64,000 bases of DNA, taken from NCBI GenBank assembly GCA_046482825.1, contig JAWOEI010000092.1:32169-96168 (forward strand). Reading direction: 5' to 3'. Positions 27,570-35,315 of the stretch are shown one piece after another (position 1 is the stretch's first letter; every line of letters begins with the position of its first letter). The DNA comes from Kiritimatiellia bacterium. Its GTDB lineage: Bacteria; Verrucomicrobiota; Kiritimatiellia; RFP12; UBA1067. Under the pieces are notes generated by a model, which saw nothing but the letters and a program-made list of their open reading frames with translations, was not told where the DNA came from and searched no databases. Made by a program: the position numbers and the translations under genes.

Positions 27570-30500
27570 ATGATTTTTTTTAAGAAAAGACTGGAAATGA
27601 GTCCTTGGCTGCTGATTCGTTTATTCATGCCTGTCACCCTGATTGTACCGCTTGTGAGTTACTGGTTCACATTGTACGAAAAAATTTATCCGGGCACATC
27701 GGCAGCTTTAACAGCGCAGGCAGTCAAGGTCTCCGAGTCAATTTATCTTACAAATCCTGTCTTTTCACTGGTGTCACGTCAGATAGCAGTTATCCCCTGG
27801 GAAACCCTGCCGGTCAGGCTGAACTTCTTTTCCGCTGTCTGCGGAGCAGTCGCTGTTGCGCTTTTTTACATCCTTATCGCCAGAATTACAGCTCTGCTGT
27901 CATGCGAGGATTCAGGAGGTGCCATGCAGGCACTTCCGCCGCAGATACAGAACAACGATTATGATTCCGATATAGAATCCGGTGACGGCGCGGCCGCCAT
28001 GCTTTCTCAGAATGCCACAGACTCAATGCCTGAAGAGGTCCTGCAACACAACCGCCGGACAGCCTACAGTGCAGTTCTCGGAGCTCTCGGAGCCTCTGCT
28101 GTTCTGGCGTTCTGCGGTCCTTTCTGGTTCAGTGCGACACGCCTGTATCCCTGTACCTTTGACATGATGCTGCTCTTTCTGATCATGAATCTGATCATTG
28201 CTTATGATCAGGAGGGGAAGCTGTGGACCCTGCTTTCATCCGTCTTTTTTCTGGCACTATGTTCAGTTGAATCGGCTCTGTTTCTTGTCCTGCTGCCTGT
28301 AGGCATTCTGCTTCTTTACCGATCGATGAAGCTGAGCGAGCAGTTCAGCATGGGACGGGTACTCCTGTGTATTGTCTGTGCCATTACAGGCGGCAGTCTG
28401 GCTCTGCTCATTCTGTGGAATGCAGCTGGATACTGTCAGAATATTACCGTACTGGCACCCCGAGCAATTCTGAGCGTTTTTAAGGAAACAACAGTACGGG
28501 ATGTGTTGTCGTGGCTGCCGCGTTTCGGCTGGAGCCGTATTCTCGTGTTTTTCATTTTTCCTGTAATAACAGCATTTTTTGTTTTCGCCTATTCTTTCCG
28601 CATACGCAAACCATTCCTTTTTATCGTTCAGCTGCTACTTGCGGCACTGCTCATACCCACACTGATCAACTTCAGACTTGCCCCCTGGGGTATAGTGCGT
28701 ATGATATCCGAAATTCCGGTATTGTCCTACGCCATCCTGGCTGGCATAACCGGCATATTGACTGCATCCCTCCATCTAATGAGGGAGATGTACATAGAAC
28801 AGCTGGACGACGAACTGGATTTTTATGAATACAGAGACAATCCCTATGTCTGTCGGATCGGATCTCTGCTGTGCTGGCCCCTTTTTCTGCTTTCACTCTG
28901 CGTACCCTTTTTCAGTTTTAAGGATATTGATCCGAATCAGGGGCGCTTTACAGATGAAATCTCCAGCACCATACATGAGCAAATCAGCAAAAAAACGCTC
29001 ATTCTGGATATGCCCTTTCTGAAAAACGAAATACTTGTCAAGGCCCGCGAAAACGACAGCGATCTCAACCTGTATCAATCAGAAACACTGAAACACGGCA
29101 TAGTATCCGCAAAGTATCTTGAAAGCATAAAGCAGAGTCCGGAGTTTCAGAATTTCAAGTACAGACTCATCAATGCCGCTGAAATCTCAACCTACTCCTT
29201 TATGCGTGAATGGCTGGCACTCGATCCGAAGGCATACACAAAAATAGCCATTTTCAGCTATCCCGGTACAATCCGTAAACTCGGCTATATCGCCGTTCCT
29301 GAAGGTTTCTTCCTCGAACTATTGCCGGCGGACAGAGAGATCGACTCTGACAGGCTGGTTAACAAATTCTTTGAATTTGCCGATTCCATGCACCCTTATA
29401 TGTTCAGTAAATCACAAAACGAAATTAAACTTCTTACAAATCACAGAAATGCATACCGAAAGCAGCTCGCATTCGTCGGCAATGAATTAGCGACACTGCT
29501 GATTGAAAAAAGGCAGTATAAAAAAGCTGCAAAAGTTCTTAAACACTGTTCTTTTCTCTCCCCGAACAATCTCAGCGTTCTACTGAACAGGTATCATCTG
29601 GTAAAAGACCGCGGAATTTATCCTGTCAGTCGTAAGTCCATAGAACTGAAACTTGCGGAATACCCCCCCGACCGCGAGCTGCTGAACACATCTGTGGCTC
29701 AGCTGCAAAATCAGAGCGGCACTCTGGCGAATACGGAAATTTTCGAGTTTGCAAAAAAACGTTTCTGGACAAAATCCAATCTGTTTAAAAATCTATCCGT
29801 AAATCAGATGGCTGTCGATCTAGATCCGCTAGTTGAACTGCGCAATAAAAAACAGCTTCTGTACGGCAGTATAAGCAGAAAAACCGCCGCCAATGAATAC
29901 AAGGAAGCTGAAAGTCAATTGAATATTCTGCTGGATTTTGACGACAGCGACCATTTTGCCCTGATTCACAAAGCCAAGGTCGCCATACTCCGGGAAAACC
30001 TGCCTGAAGCAGGGCTATGGATGGATCTTGCGAAAGAAGCGGGAGTATCACCGGAAAAGCTTCTCTGGCATAAAGCCGCTGTTCTGAAACTGCGGAATAA
30101 AACAGATGAAGCGCTTCGTATGCTCAATGACGTTATCCCCGACCATCCTGGCAATGCCGATTTATGGTCTCTGCTCGCACAGATACTGCTGGAAAATAAA
30201 AATTTCCAGGAGCTGCAGGACAGGGTCTATCCAGCATTGAAAAACACATTATCTAAACACGAAAATTATATGTTCTACGTTGTGAGAGGGTATATTCTTA
30301 AACAACGCGGAGAAAATCAGTTAAATGCAACCCGCAAAGCATTTGTGCGTGCCCTGGAACTTAACCCCGACCTTCCGGAAATTCGCAGGGAATTGCTTGA
30401 GCTGGATATGAAACTCGGCGTTCCTGCTTTTATGGAAGAGGATGCCAAAAACGTTCTGCTGGAGTCACCCGAAAATCCCATGGCCAACAATCTGATGGGA

Positions 30501-30971
30501 CAGGTACGCCTCAGGAGGAATCAACCTGAACTGGCCCGGGATTATTTTGTCAGAAGCCTTAAATCCGAAAAAACAGCAGCAGGCCTGCGCGGTCTGGCTG
30601 AAACTCTGCTTTTAACAAAGGACAGCCGACTCGCCGAATCCTACATCAGTGAGGCCATTAAGCTTGATCCTGATAATATACAGACCCTGCATGTAAAAAC
30701 GAAAATCGCCCTGACCCTGAACAAAACTGGAGAAGCGGAGAAAGCCTTCAGAAAAGTCTATGAAAGCAAACCTGATGACCCAAGCATACGTCTGACAATG
30801 ATACGTCTTCTGATACAGCAGGGGAAACTGGAAGATGCGGCAATGCGTGTTTCAAACATGCTTGAGAAAGAGGACTATCTACCTCGCCCGGTTGTTCGGG
30901 AAGTCAAAAAGCTCGCCCGGATACTTTCACAGGAATTCCAGAATAAAAACCGGAAACAAAATGATTCTTAG
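27570..30971 (+). CDS. polytopic membrane protein (DUF2723/TMEM260-like glycosyltransferase-type N-domain, inference) fused to C-terminal TPR repeats
   Basis: About 12 hydrophobic helices in the first roughly 480 aa, followed by about 650 aa of TPR-like repeats (for example ARDYFVRSLKSEK, AESYISEAIKLDPDN). The start is uncertain: 27513 GTG, 27570 ATG or 27597 ATG. Confidence 0.5.
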   Translation: MIFFKKRLEMSPWLLIRLFMPVTLIVPLVSYWFTLYEKIYPGTSAALTAQAVKVSESIYLTNPVFSLVSRQIAVIPWETLPVRLNFFSAVCGAVAVALFYILIARITALLSCEDSGGAMQALPPQIQNNDYDSDIESGDGAAAMLSQNATDSMPEEVLQHNRRTAYSAVLGALGASAVLAFCGPFWFSATRLYPCTFDMMLLFLIMNLIIAYDQEGKLWTLLSSVFFLALCSVESALFLVLLPVGILLLYRSMKLSEQFSMGRVLLCIVCAITGGSLALLILWNAAGYCQNITVLAPRAILSVFKETTVRDVLSWLPRFGWSRILVFFIFPVITAFFVFAYSFRIRKPFLFIVQLLLAALLIPTLINFRLAPWGIVRMISEIPVLSYAILAGITGILTASLHLMREMYIEQLDDELDFYEYRDNPYVCRIGSLLCWPLFLLSLCVPFFSFKDIDPNQGRFTDEISSTIHEQISKKTLILDMPFLKNEILVKARENDSDLNLYQSETLKHGIVSAKYLESIKQSPEFQNFKYRLINAAEISTYSFMREWLALDPKAYTKIAIFSYPGTIRKLGYIAVPEGFFLELLPADREIDSDRLVNKFFEFADSMHPYMFSKSQNEIKLLTNHRNAYRKQLAFVGNELATLLIEKRQYKKAAKVLKHCSFLSPNNLSVLLNRYHLVKDRGIYPVSRKSIELKLAEYPPDRELLNTSVAQLQNQSGTLANTEIFEFAKKRFWTKSNLFKNLSVNQMAVDLDPLVELRNKKQLLYGSISRKTAANEYKEAESQLNILLDFDDSDHFALIHKAKVAILRENLPEAGLWMDLAKEAGVSPEKLLWHKAAVLKLRNKTDEALRMLNDVIPDHPGNADLWSLLAQILLENKNFQELQDRVYPALKNTLSKHENYMFYVVRGYILKQRGENQLNATRKAFVRALELNPDLPEIRRELLELDMKLGVPAFMEEDAKNVLLESPENPMANNLMGQVRLRRNQPELARDYFVRSLKSEKTAAGLRGLAETLLLTKDSRLAESYISEAIKLDPDNIQTLHVKTKIALTLNKTGEAEKAFRKVYESKPDDPSIRLTMIRLLIQQGKLEDAAMRVSNMLEKEDYLPRPVVREVKKLARILSQEFQNKNRKQNDS

Positions 30972-31890
30972 ATTTTTCGCCTATCTGCAGTATCTGCTGA
31001 TACGAGTCCTTGGATTTCTGTATGAATTAATTCCTCCGTCCAAGGCCTACTCTCTCGGCTCGTGCATAGCACGCCCTTTCTACCGCATTCTGAGGGAAAG
31101 AAGAACTGTCGCAATCGAAAACATACTCAAAGCAGGTATAACTGAAAGCAGAAATGAAGCCGACCGCATTGCCAGCAAAGCTTTTGCTCATCTCGGGGGC
31201 CATATCTGCGAGGCTTTCAAGGTTCCGGAAGTTATCAATAAAGAGAACTGGGAAGATCATATTGTTTTCGAATGTTCTGAAGAATGCCGCAAACTGGTTT
31301 TCGACGAGCGGGAAAAACCTTTTATACTCGTAACAGGACATATAGGAGCCTGGGAAACGGGGATCAGCCTTATGTCTTTCACCCGCCCTGTGATCGCCAT
31401 TGCCCGTAAAATGAACAATCCCTTTGTTCAAAAATTCATGGAAACTCACCATTTCCGCGGCGCTATAACTGTTATAGACAAGAACAAAGGGCTCACTCCC
31501 GATGTCATTCGCAAATGGAAACGGACAGGTGCTGTGCTGGCGGTTATGATGGATCAGCATGCAGGCCGTAAAAACGGCATCCTTATCGATTTCATGGGGC
31601 GTAAAGCACACACACACACATCTCCCGCCCGTCTGCATCTTCGTTCCGGCATACCGGTTGTTGTAGGCGCCGTCATCCGCGAAGGACCCTTGAAATATCG
31701 TGTAATAGGTGGAAACCCCATACGCTTTGAATCCACCGGCAACCGCGAAACCGATATTAAAGAGCTGTTGACCCTCTTCACCCAACGACTGGAAAATTTT
31801 GTACGCCAGTATCCAGAACAGTACCTTTGGGCTCATAAAAGATGGCGTAAGCTCAGACCCCTGAAAAATAAAAGCCGATCAAAAGTATAA
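30961..31890 (+). CDS. lipid A biosynthesis (Kdo)2-lipid IVA acyltransferase family protein (LpxL/HtrB-like)
   Basis: An N-terminal TM helix, the HIGAWE (HX4D/E) acyltransferase motif, and a C-terminal YPEQYLWAHKRW typical of the family. ATG 30961 overlaps the upstream gene by 11 nt. Confidence 0.7.
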   Translation: MILRFFAYLQYLLIRVLGFLYELIPPSKAYSLGSCIARPFYRILRERRTVAIENILKAGITESRNEADRIASKAFAHLGGHICEAFKVPEVINKENWEDHIVFECSEECRKLVFDEREKPFILVTGHIGAWETGISLMSFTRPVIAIARKMNNPFVQKFMETHHFRGAITVIDKNKGLTPDVIRKWKRTGAVLAVMMDQHAGRKNGILIDFMGRKAHTHTSPARLHLRSGIPVVVGAVIREGPLKYRVIGGNPIRFESTGNRETDIKELLTLFTQRLENFVRQYPEQYLWAHKRWRKLRPLKNKSRSKV

Positions 31891-31978
31891 TCCGTCGTGT
31901 GTTCCCGCTTTTTTTCCACTGCTCAGGAACATCTCTCCGGCAAGCACCGTAAAAATCACAGTCGCTTTTACCGGATAC

Positions 31979-32017
31979 AAAAAAACGGCGGGTAAAAGCT
32001 GTATGCTTCTACCCGCC
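31979..32017 (-). terminator. intrinsic terminator GGCGGGTA-N15-TACCCGCC followed by G+T7 (minus strand)
   Basis: An 8-bp GC-rich stem and a 7-U tract. It lies 274 nt downstream of the serine-hydrolase stop. Confidence 0.8.
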
Positions 32018-32138
32018 GCCAGGGAGGACATATATTAATTAATGACGCTCATGGTTTTTACCATGTTGCACTTACACGGGGGAAGTGATGTGCAATTCGT
32101 CACTCTTTTTATTAACAACCTGGGGGAGGTTGTTTGAT
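31979..32138 (-). ncRNA. predicted ~160-nt sRNA with C-rich loops (novel candidate)
   Basis: Bounded by a consensus promoter and a strong intrinsic terminator, with no plausible ORF inside. It has three hairpins plus the terminator. The C-rich motifs are UCCCCCA and UUCCCCC in apical loops and CCUCCC in a single-stranded stretch. Confidence 0.55.
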
Positions 32139-32144
32139 GTGTGC

Positions 32145-32173
32145 ATATTACTATACGCACTAACTGATGTCAA
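32145..32173 (-). promoter_or_regulatory. sigma70-type promoter TTGACA-17-TAATAT with upstream A-tracts
   Basis: -35 at 32173-32168 and -10 at 32150-32145, with an exact 17-nt spacer. An A-rich UP-like stretch occupies about 32180-32205. Confidence 0.55.
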
Positions 32174-32290
32174 CAGAACGCACTCATTTTTTTACTTTTT
32201 TTTTCAGCTGGATGAATTAACAAAGTAAATGCACCACTCTGTGATCGGCGGTGACACATTCAGTCTGTCTAACAATGCCATATACGCACA

Positions 32291-33496
32291 CTACTCCAAC
32301 ACTTTTGCTGCTGCGGTCTGGAATACCATGCGGACAGGTGAATTGTCTCCATTCGGGAAACCTCTGCGTTGAATCATCAGAATGTAAATCGTCTGATTAA
32401 CAGGATCAGCCCAGCTCTGCGTTCCATAAGCCCCGCCATGCCCGAATGTCCCGGGATGCAGCATAGCTGTAATTCCTTGCGGCTCTTTGACTACCTGAAA
32501 TTTAATACCCCAGCTCTGGCCTTCAGTAAAACCGGTCCTGATATCACCGGACTGAGTACGAGTCAGCTCCTTCACAGCTTTTTCAGAGAGGACTCTTCGT
32601 CCTTTCCATACCCCCTTGTTCAGCATCATCTGATAGAAGTGCCACACATCCCCGGCAGTTGAAAAAAGTCCGCCGCCCGGTTTGACAGTCCGTTCCGTAT
32701 CCCACAGATCTCCTTTGATAAAATAGATTTCTGTTTCCGTCAACTCTTGGATTTTATCATTTTTAAGATAGGATTTAGCAATACGTCCAAGCTTCTGTTT
32801 CGACGGAAAAAAGGTCGTTTCTTTCATCTCAAGCGGATCAAAAAGTCGTTTCTGCAGAAATTGATCTAGCGGTTCACCTGCAACCACTTCCACCACACGG
32901 CCGAGCACATGTGTTCCCATAGTGCTGTATTTCCATTGGCTTCCCGGTTCAAACTCCAGGGGTCTCAGGGATGCCATTGCCACCAGTTCAGCCAAAGCAG
33001 TATGAGAACGGGGTTCCTCCACATTCCCGATGCCTGCAGTATGGGTTGCCACATCAAGCAGTGTTATCCTGCGAGCGGGACGTTTGAGGATCATCTTGTT
33101 TCCGGACTTCTGATCCACCATCCAGAGATCACTGAACTCAGGCAGATATTTCTCCAAATCATCATGTATATCCAATTTACCTTCATCAGCAAGCATCATT
33201 GCAGCAGCTCCGACCATAGGCTTGGTCATGGAGGCAATCCAGAAAAGATCATCTTTTTTCATAGCACGTTTTGTGTTCAGGTCTGACAGTCCCATAGCCT
33301 CATGACTGACAACCTTTCCATTCTTTGCCACCAGAGTTACCGCTCCCGCGATTTCACCATCAGCAATAAAAGGTTGAACCGCATTGCGGACAGCAGCGGA
33401 AACTTCAGCCTCTTTAATCTGGCCGTATGACAAAGACAACCACAATACCGCTGTCATTCCTACAGCTGCTGACAAAAGTTTTTTTCCTGTTCTCAT
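32291..33496 (-). CDS. serine hydrolase, beta-lactamase/transpeptidase-like (class C / esterase family)
   Basis: ASMTKPMV contains the SxxK motif; also a later YST and a GHGGAYG box. Signal-like N-terminus MRTGKKLLSAAVGMTAVLWLSLSYG. The start is trimmed to ATG 33496. Confidence 0.7.
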   Translation of the reverse strand: MRTGKKLLSAAVGMTAVLWLSLSYGQIKEAEVSAAVRNAVQPFIADGEIAGAVTLVAKNGKVVSHEAMGLSDLNTKRAMKKDDLFWIASMTKPMVGAAAMMLADEGKLDIHDDLEKYLPEFSDLWMVDQKSGNKMILKRPARRITLLDVATHTAGIGNVEEPRSHTALAELVAMASLRPLEFEPGSQWKYSTMGTHVLGRVVEVVAGEPLDQFLQKRLFDPLEMKETTFFPSKQKLGRIAKSYLKNDKIQELTETEIYFIKGDLWDTERTVKPGGGLFSTAGDVWHFYQMMLNKGVWKGRRVLSEKAVKELTRTQSGDIRTGFTEGQSWGIKFQVVKEPQGITAMLHPGTFGHGGAYGTQSWADPVNQTIYILMIQRRGFPNGDNSPVRMVFQTAAAKVLE

Positions 33497-33946
33497 CTTA
33501 CTTCTCCCTGAACTGCCTGCAGCCGCCAGTCTGTCTGGCTGCGCACAGACGGACACATGACTGACTACGCATGATAATAAAAGATATACGCAGACCTCGC
33601 TTTTATGACTGCATTAGCTCGTGAGTAAATTTATACAGAAATTCTCAACTTTTATCAACGGCTATCTTCCGGAACTAAATTGTAATATTAAATGCGCCAG
33701 GATTTCATTATGCCTGACAGCATTTCAACTCTCTTTCAAATATATTTCTTCTCTGATGCGCAGCTCAGTATCCGGCGCGGATAGTTATCAACCCGCTCTT
33801 AGATCTGCCGAATTTTTTTTTCTTAGTTTCTTATATCGGCAGCCCCGGGAATGGAACGATTAGCCTTGAACAAAACGCCCTATAATCATATCCTGTTGTT
33901 TTTAATTCAAGTATCCCGCAAAAGTTCATAGCGTGTCTGTGTTCTT

Positions 33947-34903
33947 ATGCATTTTGTTTTAAGGGGATACTGCTTTTCTACAGGAAACACAGGAATGAAC
34001 TATATAGCCGTTATACTCAATATATTCATTGCCATTCTGCTGGTACGACTCTTTTCAAAGCCGGACAGAGAAACATTTTTCAACCCTTTTGTGTCTTTCA
34101 CCAACAGCCGCGTCACGCGCCTGGTTGACTTTCTCAAACCGGCCCTGGCTCTTCCTGAAAAAACGACCATGGGAATAATACTTTTATTTGTGTTCCTTTT
34201 CAAAACGCTGTTACTTTCCAAAATGGCACATACCGTAAGTATCAATTTCGGCGAAGTTTTCCGGGTTGTACCGCCTGACAGTATGTCGGAACACATATCA
34301 CTTCTTTATTTCAGCTTTTTGGAAACTATATCCTTCATGCTCAAATTCTGGAGTTTCTATTTTCTGACAATCCTCGTCAAATCTCCCGGGAAAAGCACAA
34401 GAGCCCTACAGGCGCTGGGGTACTACGCAAAACCGTTTTCTCTTCCCCCTTTACGTTTTCAGATATTATTGCTGGTGGTCAGCCATATCGCCCTGGCCTT
34501 CCTGGCGATACAAAGCGGCGAGTTAGTCTCAATATCTGTAAGTACCGGGAGTGTACAAACCATATCTGACCCTGTTACAGGATCGCCTATGATTATCGGT
34601 TTTATCAAAACAGCATGGATAGGTCTGCTCTCTGTATGTGAGGGCATCTCCGTAATGATCAGCGTTCTTTTCACTTTCATAATAGGATCGCTGATTACAA
34701 CTCTTATGCGAAGGATGGACTTCGCTCTTCTCTGTCGGGAGGGTATGGACATGGTACTCGGGCGTTTTTCACGGAGCCAGACTCCCCAGGCGGGACTGGA
34801 TTTCACCCCGTTGATTTTCTTTTTTGTCGCAAGTATCTCATACAACACAGTGAATTTTGCAATATTCTCGCTGGTGAATACAGATTTAACACTGCCGTTT
34901 TAA
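33947..34903 (+). CDS. YggT/Ycf19-like integral membrane protein (extended)
   Basis: Polytopic protein whose N-terminal ILNIFIAILLVRLF....NPFV.F....T.R resembles the YggT repeat. It sits directly upstream of a DUF167/YggU gene, as in yggT-yggU pairs. The start could be 33995. Confidence 0.45.
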   Translation: MHFVLRGYCFSTGNTGMNYIAVILNIFIAILLVRLFSKPDRETFFNPFVSFTNSRVTRLVDFLKPALALPEKTTMGIILLFVFLFKTLLLSKMAHTVSINFGEVFRVVPPDSMSEHISLLYFSFLETISFMLKFWSFYFLTILVKSPGKSTRALQALGYYAKPFSLPPLRFQILLLVVSHIALAFLAIQSGELVSISVSTGSVQTISDPVTGSPMIIGFIKTAWIGLLSVCEGISVMISVLFTFIIGSLITTLMRRMDFALLCREGMDMVLGRFSRSQTPQAGLDFTPLIFFFVASISYNTVNFAIFSLVNTDLTLPF

Positions 34904-35006
34904 TTTATATACAGCACTCCCTTCAGGCATCTCGGGTGAACAGCAGCGAATATTCGAATGAAAGCGTTATATCCGCCCTGATTAAACAAACAGAAGCTTA
35001 CGTAAT

Positions 35007-35315
35007 ATGACAGAACCATTAAAAAAAACCCTGCCGAAATGGATTGCGGAAAAAAACGGAGGTATCATCCTGACAATCCGTGTCACTCCGAGAGCTTCCC
35101 GTTCGGAAATAAGCGGTGCTGAAGAGAATTGGCTCAAAGTACGGCTGAAAGCGCCGCCAGTTGACGGCAAAGCCAACAAAGAGCTGATTACTTTTTTCGC
35201 CAGACTGCTGAAAGTCTCGAAAAGCAGTGTGTCGATATGTTCCGGTGAGAGTTCCAGACTGAAACGAATTCACATCAAAGAGATCGCAGCAGACAGAATA
35301 CTGACCATAATATGA
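35007..35315 (+). CDS. DUF167 (YggU) family protein
   Basis: LTIRVTPRASRSEI...LKVRLKAPPVDGKANKELI.F....L is the family signature; 102 aa. Confidence 0.8.
   Translation: MTEPLKKTLPKWIAEKNGGIILTIRVTPRASRSEISGAEENWLKVRLKAPPVDGKANKELITFFARLLKVSKSSVSICSGESSRLKRIHIKEIAADRILTII

Noticed and set aside
31027-31836. 269-aa ORF antisense to the LpxL-like gene. Similar antisense ORFs occur at 36083-36799, 45485-46129, 39919-40380, 41230-41805 and 63244-63873.
   Set aside because: Each is nested in a sense gene with clear family motifs. There is no independent evidence for them.
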